Origin: Candidatus Heimdallarchaeota archaeon
GTDB taxonomy: Archaea; Asgardarchaeota; Heimdallarchaeia; JABLTI01
Direction: 5' to 3'
Length of the DNA: 64,000 nucleotides
Assembly (NCBI GenBank): GCA_018238155.1
Contig: JABCTZ010000032.1
Location: 288,001-352,000 of the forward strand
A model generated the notes under the pieces. It made no database searches. It was given only the letters and a program-made list of their open reading frames with translations, and was not told where the DNA came from. The position numbers and the translations under genes were made by a program. Shown here one piece after another: positions 10,344-18,927 of this stretch. Every line of letters begins with the position of its first letter. Within the stretch, counting starts at the first letter, position 1.

Positions 10344-10453
10344 TTATAGCACCTTGTTTATAGAATTAGAATGATGATACATTCCCTCCAACTTGAAGAA
10401 AGTTTTTACAATAAATAAAATTTGTGCAAAAATATACCCGACAAAAGTAAAAG

Positions 10454-10562
10454 TGGTGGGCCCAGCCGGATTTGAACCAGCGACTTCCCGGTTTTTGAGA
10501 ACTGCAGTCTCGACTGTTTTTCTTATCAGCCGAGCGCTCTAACCAAGCTGAGCTACGGGCCC
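10454..10562 (-). tRNA. trnI: tRNA-Ile(GAT) with a 31-nt intron at 37/38 (10493-10523) and encoded CCA
   Basis: GGGCCCG TA GCTC AGCTTGGTTA GAGC G CTCGG CT GAT A [intron] A CCGGG AAGTC GCTGG TTCAAAT CCGGC TGGGCCC A CCA. Confidence 0.95.
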
Positions 10563-10868
10563 CTTTGTATTGTTTTAATACTTCTGATTTTGACTTTTTT
10601 CACTTAAAAAAGTTTATGATTGGATTATATATTCTCTTTTTGGTTTGTTCAATCTATTCGTTTAATAGTTTTTACTCTTAAAGCTGTTTTACTTATTGTT
10701 AAAAAACAGTCTTTTCGTTTCTTACTTACTTTTATTATACTTTACCTACAAACCAAAGTTTAAAATAAACAAGTACAAACGTTATATTGAATTTAGAAAG
10801 CTAATTATAGGAAATTGACAAAAACATAGTATACTAAATTAGTAATATAAAATGGCAGGGAACTCAAC

Positions 10869-11447
10869 ATGTCACAAAATAATGGAAAAGCAATAAACGC
10901 AATCTTAAAATTAGTACTCCTAGGTGATGGTGCTGTAGGGAAAACAACTATGAGGCGCCAATTTCTTGGTGAAGGATTTAAAGCAGGTTATTCTGCAACC
11001 ATTGGTGCTGATTTTGCTATTAAAAGAATCAATCTTGAAAATTATCGTTTAACATTTCAGATTTGGGATTTAGCAGGTCAACAAAGATTCGCTGCTGTTA
11101 GGGAATTATACTATCGAGGTTCTCGTGGTGCTTTGTTAGTTTTTGATGTTACTAACCCCAGTTCATTTAACAATCTCCCCACTTGGCTTGAAGAGCTCTG
11201 GAAAAAAGCCGGTCGTGTTCCTATGATTCTCTGTGGAAACAAAATTGATCTTCGTTCTGAAGTTCCTAAAAGCATCGCTCCCGAATTAGGTCAAGAATAC
11301 GCGAGAAGACTTTCAGAAGCATTAGGGTATGAAGTTCCTTATATTGAAACCAGTGCTAAAACCGGCGAGAAAGTTAATGAGGCCTTCTTCATGCTTGGTT
11401 TGAGTATTATTCGTTCTGTTAAAAAACCAAAAACTATTCTCGAATGA
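10869..11447 (+). CDS. Rab-like small GTPase
   Basis: G1 GDGAVGKT, G2 TIGADF, G3 WDLAGQ, G4 NKID, G5 ETSAK. Confidence 0.95.
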   Translation: MSQNNGKAINAILKLVLLGDGAVGKTTMRRQFLGEGFKAGYSATIGADFAIKRINLENYRLTFQIWDLAGQQRFAAVRELYYRGSRGALLVFDVTNPSSFNNLPTWLEELWKKAGRVPMILCGNKIDLRSEVPKSIAPELGQEYARRLSEALGYEVPYIETSAKTGEKVNEAFFMLGLSIIRSVKKPKTILE

Positions 11448-11636
11448 TATGTGATAGACTTTCTATCTCATCATTTTTTTTCTTTTTCCCTTCCGCAATG
11501 ATTACTATTTTAAAGTAGTATGTTTATCTATCATTTGCCTTAATCGATTCTGCAGTATAGCAAATCCTTTAAAGGAATACTCTTTCACAATAAAAAGAGA
11601 ATTTTAAATTTAATTGTATATGGAGCTTGAATAAAA

Positions 11637-12206
11637 GTGAGTAGACCTCAAAAATCATCAGTATATAAAGTAGTTTTACTTGGAGACGGTGCTGTCGGTA
11701 AAACGAGCATTAGACAACAATATCTTGGAAAAGGGTTCAAAGAAGGTTACTCTATGACCATTGGCGCAGATTTCTGCGTTAAACGTGTTGAGCTCTCTGA
11801 TATGATTATTACCTTTCAAATATGGGATCTTGCAGGTCAACAAAGATTTGATGTAGTTCGAGAAGTATATTATCGCGGTAGTAGTGGTGCATTATTGATT
11901 TTTGATGTTTCAAATCCAGGCTCCTTTGAGAATTTACCTGCTTGGTTAAATGAATTAACCAAAAACAATTACGATCGTATTGTTCCCATTGTTTTAATTG
12001 GAAATAAAACTGATTTACGTGGAACGGCTCCTTGTTTACCTAAAGAAGCAGGACAACAATATGCCGCTGCTTTAACCCAATGGACTGGTTTTGATGTGCC
12101 TTATCTTGAAACATCAGCAAAATCTGGTATAAATATTGAAAAGGCATTTGGTCTTCTTTCAAAGCAAATTGAACTTTTCTTAGATAAATATAGACTACGA
12201 GGATAA
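11637..12206 (+). CDS. Rab-like small GTPase (tandem paralog)
   Basis: GDGAVGKT, TIGADF, WDLAGQ, NKTD, ETSAK. Confidence 0.95.
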   Translation: MSRPQKSSVYKVVLLGDGAVGKTSIRQQYLGKGFKEGYSMTIGADFCVKRVELSDMIITFQIWDLAGQQRFDVVREVYYRGSSGALLIFDVSNPGSFENLPAWLNELTKNNYDRIVPIVLIGNKTDLRGTAPCLPKEAGQQYAAALTQWTGFDVPYLETSAKSGINIEKAFGLLSKQIELFLDKYRLRG

Positions 12207-12328
12207 CCTCGTTTTCTCACCTCCTTTTTATGTTCGGTTCTTAAGAAATCCTTTTTAATGAAAAATGTTCGAAATAGTCAAAGAATACTACTTAGTGATA
12301 TTATAAAGTTAAAGGATGAGTCAAATTT

Positions 12329-12832
12329 ATGTCAAAAACAAAGAAAAGTAGTAAAGATGCAAAAAAGGTTGAAGAAGACGTTCCTCTTATGGAGCGATTG
12401 CCATCAAATTTGCCTTTTGCACCTATGGTTCGAAGACCTGATTACCAACTGAGATTTGTAAAACTCTCAGTTCCAACATCTATACCAATTGAGATAATAA
12501 TCGCGGTAGTATTTATTGGATTATTCTTTATCTATATGGGCGGATTTTATGATTTAGCTCAAGACAATATAAGCGCTTTTGGTTCTGGTCAAGATGGTAA
12601 TCCAATAGTAATTTATCCCGGACAATTAGATTCTCAATTTCTTGTAGAAGGAATGGCTGCAGGACTACTAATGTTTATTGGAGCTGGTGGTTTCTTTATG
12701 CTTTATTATTCAACACAATATGCTTATTCGCCAAAAAATGCCACTATTCTTTTAGTAGTTGGAATTGGCATTGTCGGACTTGCATGGATAGCAATAATGT
12801 ATATGTTGCTTTCGAAAATGGGTATTTGGTGA
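12329..12832 (+). CDS. OST3/OST6-family membrane subunit, DC2/OSTC-like
   Basis: Three TM helices; GGFYD, SQFLVEG..LMFIGAGGF and a terminal K match DC2 (GGIIYD, GQYIMEG..LFTMGGLGF, MKLPG). Confidence 0.75.
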   Translation: MSKTKKSSKDAKKVEEDVPLMERLPSNLPFAPMVRRPDYQLRFVKLSVPTSIPIEIIIAVVFIGLFFIYMGGFYDLAQDNISAFGSGQDGNPIVIYPGQLDSQFLVEGMAAGLLMFIGAGGFFMLYYSTQYAYSPKNATILLVVGIGIVGLAWIAIMYMLLSKMGIW

Positions 12833-12982
12833 GAATATAAATTTACGAAGGAAGGCTTTTTTGCTTTGCTTCATTTTTCATTTCTTTCTGCTTGATCTAA
12901 AATGATTTGAAATAAGCTGGGATTAGTAGGAGAAAAATATGTGATTGTATTAATATCAATCACAGAGAAAAAAATAGCTATT

Positions 12983-13393
12983 TTACTTTTCATCTTTAAA
13001 TTGTTTTTCGATTAATTCCTGGAAAACTTTCTTCTTTTTTGCCCCTGAAAATTGACCAATTACTTTCCCTTCTTTAAAGAGATAAAATGTTGGGACATAT
13101 CTAATTTGATATTGAATTGCTGCTTGCCTTTCATGATCCGTATTAATTTTACCAAAAGCAACTTTTCCTTTATAGATTTCAGCTAAATCCTGTGTTATTG
13201 GGTCCATTATTTTACAAGGTGGACACCAAGTAGCATAGAAATCAACTATTACATTTTTGTTATTATTGATAAATGGTTGAAGATCTTTGTTCTTTAAAAC
13301 CGTAACTTCTCCGCTTGCACTTTGATTTTGATTCATAATATCACTAACAATTTTTGCTTTTATTTGTTCTAATTCTTTATCTTCTAAACTCAA
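12983..13393 (-). CDS. trxA: Thioredoxin
   Basis: VDFYATWCPPCK, VPTF; archaeal-type N-terminal helix. Confidence 0.93.
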   Translation of the reverse strand: MSLEDKELEQIKAKIVSDIMNQNQSASGEVTVLKNKDLQPFINNNKNVIVDFYATWCPPCKIMDPITQDLAEIYKGKVAFGKINTDHERQAAIQYQIRYVPTFYLFKEGKVIGQFSGAKKKKVFQELIEKQFKDEK

Positions 13394-13750
13394 TTTTATT
13401 ACCTCGTATAAGTTTTACTCTTAATAAGTTTTTCAAGAGACCCAATTACAAATTACATTGGATACCTTGATAACTGTTTTTTATCAGCTATAAGATATGA
13501 GCTGAATAAATTTACTACTGAAATTATTTAAGTTTTCTATTTTAGAAACTAAGTTTTGATTTACTTTCTTTCTTTCTTTCTTTCTTAAGTTTACTCTATT
13601 TAATTTAACTTTCAATAAGAAAATCTTTAGTATAGAAAGACAGTAAATAATATTAACTACAATAGCACAGTTAGTTATTAGTAATAGTGTTTATTCACTT
13701 CCTCCCAATGATGAACCTTCAAAAGAAGACAGTAAGGAAAGTATGTTACA

Positions 13751-15277
13751 ATGGCTGAAATGGAACTTTATATGATTCTCGGAGTTACAGGTATCTTTGT
13801 GTTAGTTATCGGTGCAATCCTTTGGAATCAAATTAGACAGACAAAAAAGAAAAGTAATCTAAGCGAATCTGCTCATATTAGTCCATCTAGTTTTAATGCC
13901 GAAGATAAGACAAAAATGCTCTTTCGTTTGGACAAACGAGAAACACAACTAAGAAGAGAACGTATCTTAGAAGGGGGCACTTTACCTGAACTATCGGAAT
14001 TAGTTATTTACTCACCTGTTAAGAGTGAAAAAATAGATTCTAAAGAAGTTGATATCAGAGGCAAAGTAGCAATTAAATCTATTGTATGGATAAATTGTCA
14101 AGCTGCCTTTGTTGATGTAGATGGTTCTTTTATTGGTTCAGTTCCTCTAACTCGAGGTAAAAATAATCTTGAAATTGTTGTAATAGGTCCATATGGGAAA
14201 TCAATTTATACATCATTTGATGTTAATTGCACTTCAAAAGAAGCACCAAATTTACCTGCCGGTGCTAGTATGCTCTTACCTAATATTGGACTTGATATAC
14301 ATACTAAAACAAGTACTGAATCGTTTATCCCTGATTCAGAAAATGTTTCTGCAGAAGATGGAGTGCCTGCAATGAAATACGCTTCTATTTCTGATCCAAT
14401 TATCGTCTCTGAAAATGAAATTGATCCCTCTGTTTTGGCTGCTTTAAAGGGTGACCCAATAGTAGATACTCCAGTTGATATTCCTGACATCCCTGATATC
14501 GGTAGCATAGAAGCAGAAGAAACAATGGAAATTCCGGATATCCCCGATATTTTGGGCGATGAAACGGTTGATGAAGTTCAGATACCTGATATCCCTGATG
14601 TAAATCTAGATGAGGAAGATGAAGCGTCTGAAGAATCTTCTATCACAGAAGACTCAAAAGCAATTGAAGAATCTGTAAAAATCATTGAAGAAACAATAAA
14701 AATTGAAGAAGAAAGTGAAAAAGATGAAAGTCAATTTCCATTAGATAAAATGCTTCCAATCCAACCTGGCGATAAAGTGAAAGAGGTGGAAGAGGAAAAA
14801 ATTGAGCTTTCTGAATTTCAACCATTAAAACAAACCATTGTTGGTCTTCAAGAATTAACGGTAGAAACCACTCATCAAAAATTAAATGATGAGCGCTCGA
14901 CTGAAATTTTGCTACATTCAGGTTTCATCTCCAGAGAAGATGGAGAACAAATTAAAGTGGTAAAAATAGAGAAACGGATCGAGAAAATTGATGATAAATG
15001 GTTCTCAACACTCGGTATAGCAAATTTAACTGATGCAGAACTAAGTCTGATAGAAATTTCTGAATATATATCCGGAACGTTCAAGATAAAGGATATGCTC
15101 CCTGTGAATGTTTTAGAACCAATTATTGGTACTTCACCTGAAGGTGTAAAAATCACCTGGACAATTAATGAGGTGAAACCACAAATGAAATTGTTCATAA
15201 CATATAATGAAGATATTAATCCGTTAACACTAATCTCTGAAGAACAAAAAACACCAAAAATAACTATTAGAAGATAG
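13751..15277 (+). CDS. Single-pass membrane protein with Ig-like domains and an acidic repeat linker
   Basis: N-terminal TM followed by a basic patch; DGSF..PL..GKNNLEI Ig motif; D/E/P-rich middle; C-terminal beta-sandwich (ITWTI..P). Confidence 0.7.
   Translation: MAEMELYMILGVTGIFVLVIGAILWNQIRQTKKKSNLSESAHISPSSFNAEDKTKMLFRLDKRETQLRRERILEGGTLPELSELVIYSPVKSEKIDSKEVDIRGKVAIKSIVWINCQAAFVDVDGSFIGSVPLTRGKNNLEIVVIGPYGKSIYTSFDVNCTSKEAPNLPAGASMLLPNIGLDIHTKTSTESFIPDSENVSAEDGVPAMKYASISDPIIVSENEIDPSVLAALKGDPIVDTPVDIPDIPDIGSIEAEETMEIPDIPDILGDETVDEVQIPDIPDVNLDEEDEASEESSITEDSKAIEESVKIIEETIKIEEESEKDESQFPLDKMLPIQPGDKVKEVEEEKIELSEFQPLKQTIVGLQELTVETTHQKLNDERSTEILLHSGFISREDGEQIKVVKIEKRIEKIDDKWFSTLGIANLTDAELSLIEISEYISGTFKIKDMLPVNVLEPIIGTSPEGVKITWTINEVKPQMKLFITYNEDINPLTLISEEQKTPKITIRR
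14480..14602 (+). repeat. Three IPDIPD(I/V) motifs at 51-bp (17-aa) periodicity
   Basis: Motifs start at 14480, 14531 and 14582. Confidence 0.85.
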
Positions 15278-15286
15278 GTCATATCC

Positions 15287-16606
15287 CTATATTCTAATTA
15301 TTTTTTTCTTCTTTAATTGAATGTATTTTGAGAAAATCTTTTTTAGCACTTGATAATCTGTCAAGATTCCTTTTGGACCTGATTTTACTTTTCGAAGTCT
15401 AAGTGGAACTGAATCCATTCTATATGCAGTACCTGTTGATTCAACACCTGAAATTGTTACTGGAAAAACTACTTCAGCTAAGCGTGTTGTAGGTGTTTCG
15501 TATGGATCTAGTGCAATAACAGGTATCTGAGAGAAATGGTTCATTACTTTTCTAGGAGAATTTCCGACTGGATCTGAAGCAACAATAAATGCTGCATCAG
15601 CTTCTTGTTGAGATAATACACTGGCCATAGAAAATTCTCCGGGATTATATTGAGGAAATCCTCTTGTAAGAGAAACTGCAAATGGATAACCAGATATCCA
15701 AGTAATTACATTTTGAGCTCCCGTGACATTATAGTGACCTCGAAGTGGCATAACATAGAATTTTGTATGTTCATTTAAATCGCGAACTAAGCTTAATGCA
15801 GCATCTACATTTCTATGTTTGCCTTTTGTAGTAGCTAAACCCAAACCAAAGAAAATCACTCCATGTTTTGCCTTTTTCATTATTTCAGCTAATTGTTGAA
15901 TTTTCTCTATCGGAATGCCTGCGACTACATTCTCTGTTATTTCTCTGCCCCGAAGTATTGCTCTTAGAGCACTAATGAATTCAAAATCACCATCTGGTTC
16001 GATTTGTATGAAATGATTAGCTAATTTTGCCGTTTCTGTAAAACGTATGTCAATTACCACAACAGTCCGTTCTTGAAATCCTTTTTCTCGAAAATAACCT
16101 CTTGGAAAAGTTGTATATCTACTCATATGTCTTGGATGTGCTTCCATTGGATTACAACCAAGATAAATAATGAGGTCAGATCTGTTCCTGATTTCTCCCA
16201 AAGTACAACCAGCTAAACCAATTTCTTGTATACCCATAACAGAAGGTCCATGACAAACAGAAGGACAATGATCCCAAATTGCTCCTGCTTCTTCAGCTAA
16301 TTTTATGCTTTCTTTGTGAGCTTCAGCTTCTGTTGAACCGAATCCATAGAAGATTGGAAATTCTGCTTCAAAAAGTATTTCTGCCGCTTTCACAGCTGCT
16401 TCATCATAACTTACCGGGGTGAATATACCGTCAATTTTTATCAATGGAGAGAGGAGTCTTTTTCCATCTTTATTCCCTGTGATTTTAACTGCTCCTAATT
16501 GGCAAGCATTTTTTACTTCAATTATTTCTTCCTTTTCTAAAACAACTTCAATATCATCACAGAGACTTCCACAGAAAGGGCAAACTACATCTTTAACTAC
16601 TTTCAA
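15287..16606 (-). CDS. fwdB: Formylmethanofuran dehydrogenase subunit B (Cys form)
   Basis: CPFCGSLCDD, SVCHGPS, GCNPMEAHPRHMSRY, LRGHYNVTG, GTAYRMD. Confidence 0.95.
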   Translation of the reverse strand: MKVVKDVVCPFCGSLCDDIEVVLEKEEIIEVKNACQLGAVKITGNKDGKRLLSPLIKIDGIFTPVSYDEAAVKAAEILFEAEFPIFYGFGSTEAEAHKESIKLAEEAGAIWDHCPSVCHGPSVMGIQEIGLAGCTLGEIRNRSDLIIYLGCNPMEAHPRHMSRYTTFPRGYFREKGFQERTVVVIDIRFTETAKLANHFIQIEPDGDFEFISALRAILRGREITENVVAGIPIEKIQQLAEIMKKAKHGVIFFGLGLATTKGKHRNVDAALSLVRDLNEHTKFYVMPLRGHYNVTGAQNVITWISGYPFAVSLTRGFPQYNPGEFSMASVLSQQEADAAFIVASDPVGNSPRKVMNHFSQIPVIALDPYETPTTRLAEVVFPVTISGVESTGTAYRMDSVPLRLRKVKSGPKGILTDYQVLKKIFSKYIQLKKKKIIRI

Positions 16607-16631
16607 ATTTAATCACCAATAGATAGTTGTT

Positions 16632-17051
16632 CTAACTGATTTTTTTGGCTTGTTTTTCTAATATTTGAACAAGTTCCTCTACTTCAAGTATTTTTTCTTT
16701 TGTTGGAGTAATCTTTGCATTGACACCTTTATATTGTGGAACCCCAATGCCTGCTGATCCTGGAGGTGTAATCCAATTTGCGTACATACCGAGCGGCATA
16801 AAGATAATCCCTTCATGTGGAGCATCTTTAGAAAGTCTCGCACTAACAGTAATTTCTCCTTCAGAAGTAGAAATTTTGACGTTATCATTTTCTTTTACAT
16901 CAAGTTTCTCCATATCTTTAGGATCTAAGTAGCAAACTCCAGTAGCTATTCTGGCTTTCTCAGAAATTTTAATGCCAACCAAAGTGACTCCTTGTTCTAT
17001 TGTTCTACCTGAGGTAAATATTACTTCCAAAGAAGGCTTTTGTTCAGACAT
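16632..17051 (-). CDS. fwdD: Formylmethanofuran dehydrogenase subunit D
   Basis: TSGRTIEQG, IFMPLGMYAN, GVPQYKG; adjacent to fwdB. Confidence 0.9.
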   Translation of the reverse strand: MSEQKPSLEVIFTSGRTIEQGVTLVGIKISEKARIATGVCYLDPKDMEKLDVKENDNVKISTSEGEITVSARLSKDAPHEGIIFMPLGMYANWITPPGSAGIGVPQYKGVNAKITPTKEKILEVEELVQILEKQAKKIS

Positions 17052-17134
17052 GCTAATAATCAACTATTCTATCTTTTTTTTCTAGTTTTAATTCTTTTTA
17101 TTAGATTTCTTACGAAGAGATTAATTTAGCTTTG

Positions 17135-17668
17135 TTAGAATTTACTAGCTATTTTTTCTGCAAGCTCTGTTCTTTGAATCTCTTGATTTATACTTCTTAT
17201 TATTTGATTTATTATTATTGCTTGCACACCTGCAGTTAAAAGATCCCAATTACTAATATAAGGTGCCAAATAAAGCGATATATCATTATTATCAGAAATC
17301 AGATTTAATTGAAGCGAATGTTGAATAATTTGAGCAAAATCAGGATATTGGCTAATTTTTGAAATACATTCTTCTCGTATATCATCAACAAAATCATCCA
17401 AAAAATGAAGGTTTTTTTTAGTTATTGCTTTCAAAGTAAGTAGAACACTATTCAAATTATCAATGCTTGCTTTTTTGAAGTTGAAATTCTTGAATCTATC
17501 TGAATTTGTTCCAGATTGTTGTAAAACTAAGGCTTCAACAAGTAGTGTTGCTTCATCTAAGGTATGTGTAAATTCCTCAGCAGCTTGTTTTATTCTAGGT
17601 CGTAAATATCTTCGATTTTTGAACATGACTGAAACCTGTTGTGTTTTTACATCGTAATAAAAGAACAT
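17135..17668 (-). CDS. Hypothetical helical protein within the fwd cluster
   Basis: 177-aa ORF with AGGT SD; no recognised motif. Confidence 0.6.
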   Translation of the reverse strand: MFFYYDVKTQQVSVMFKNRRYLRPRIKQAAEEFTHTLDEATLLVEALVLQQSGTNSDRFKNFNFKKASIDNLNSVLLTLKAITKKNLHFLDDFVDDIREECISKISQYPDFAQIIQHSLQLNLISDNNDISLYLAPYISNWDLLTAGVQAIIINQIIRSINQEIQRTELAEKIASKF

Positions 17669-17807
17669 TTAAACCTATTTTTCTAGTTGATATTACATGA
17701 AAAACCTCTTCTATAATATCAAAAGAGAATGATTGTTGTACAATTAATTAATGCTTTAACAAGAAAATATAAGAATATTAAAAAAACAGAAATTATCTCA
17801 TCCAAGA

Positions 17808-18116
17808 GTGTTTCCTTTGCCAGTCCATGAACGAATTACTTACCGAATTGCTATTGATGCATCTCTCTGTAACGGTTGTAATAATTGTACAACTGCTTGT
17901 CCAGTAAATGCTGTTCTGGGTGAAGATGAACGATTTGACACCGAAGAGGATCCCAGGGTAATTGCAATAAAAAATGGTGTTGCAGTTGTTATTAATCCCT
18001 TTAGATGTGATGGAGACGGAGTCTGTATGATTGTTTGTCCGCAAAATTGTATTTCTATTGAATTTATTCCATTAGATGAGTATATTGAAGTTGAACGGGA
18101 AACTTCCAAAACTTAA
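17808..18116 (+). CDS. fwdG: FwdG-like 2x[4Fe-4S] ferredoxin
   Basis: CNGCNNCTTACPVNA..NGVAVVINP..CDGDGVCMIVCP. Confidence 0.75.
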   Translation: MFPLPVHERITYRIAIDASLCNGCNNCTTACPVNAVLGEDERFDTEEDPRVIAIKNGVAVVINPFRCDGDGVCMIVCPQNCISIEFIPLDEYIEVERETSKT

Positions 18117-18159
18117 TTTTAGCTTTATTAAAAAATTCAGAATTATTGAGGTTAAAAAA

Positions 18160-18927
18160 ATGACTCGAGTGCCCTCTGTTAAAAGAAAAATGAATTTAGT
18201 AACTACAGAACGGAAGGATCGCTACGATAAAACCTCTCTTGTTTTAGATCTTGAGAAATGTACAGGTTGTAATCTTTGTTGGACCATTTGTCCAAGATAT
18301 GCTATTGAGCGAGGGCCAATTGGAGCATCTTTAAGGGATCGTGTAATTGCTCCACCAATAAGAATTAATTACCACAAGTGTGTCTTTTGTGGTTTATGTG
18401 CTTATATTTGCCCATTTGATGCTTTATCCTTAATTGTTAATGATAAACCAGCTGAGAAAATAAAAAGTGGAGTATCAATACCTTTTCTTAAAGGGCACAA
18501 AATAAAGGTTAGCCGAACAGGTCATACTGCCTTAAAATTTATTGATGGAAAAATATCAGTTGATGATGATGAATGTCCTGGAGGGTGTTCGACATGTATC
18601 GATGTCTGTCCTGTTGAATGCCTTACTCTTCCAGTATCCTCTAAGGAGAAACCTTGGGAAAAAGTACCAAAAGTTGGTGTGGATAGAGAAAAGTGTCTCT
18701 TCTGTGGTGCTTGTCTATTTGCTTGTCCGGCAAATGGTGCTGTAAAGCTAGAGCGGACTGAGATAAAGTGTAGTGAGGAAGGTTCTGAGAGTAGAATATG
18801 GAAAAATCTAGAAACAAAATTGAAGAAACCAGTACAATCTCGAGATTGGTTCTTTGAAAAAAGAGTAAAAGCAGCTCCTGGTGGTGGACAAAAATTAGCT
18901 CCAAAAAGAAAAAATCTAAAGGATTAA
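18160..18927 (+). CDS. fwdF: FwdF-like polyferredoxin (four cluster motifs)
   Basis: Four CxxCxxC...CP-type motifs including KCVFCGLCAYICPFDA and CPGGCSTCIDVCP; GAGGT SD before ATG 18160. Confidence 0.75.
   Translation: MTRVPSVKRKMNLVTTERKDRYDKTSLVLDLEKCTGCNLCWTICPRYAIERGPIGASLRDRVIAPPIRINYHKCVFCGLCAYICPFDALSLIVNDKPAEKIKSGVSIPFLKGHKIKVSRTGHTALKFIDGKISVDDDECPGGCSTCIDVCPVECLTLPVSSKEKPWEKVPKVGVDREKCLFCGACLFACPANGAVKLERTEIKCSEEGSESRIWKNLETKLKKPVQSRDWFFEKRVKAAPGGGQKLAPKRKNLKD

Noticed and set aside
13564-13586. (CTTT)5+ tract
   Set aside because: Simple low-complexity run in an AT-rich intergenic region; no evidence of function.
16240-16275. Possible selenocysteine in FwdB
   Set aside because: The ligand codon is TGT (SVCHGP); there is no in-frame TGA.
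17793-18109. Antisense ORFs over fwdG, and similar 60-145 aa overlapping ORFs throughout the track
   Set aside because: They lie within well-supported genes and lack SD sequences and motifs.
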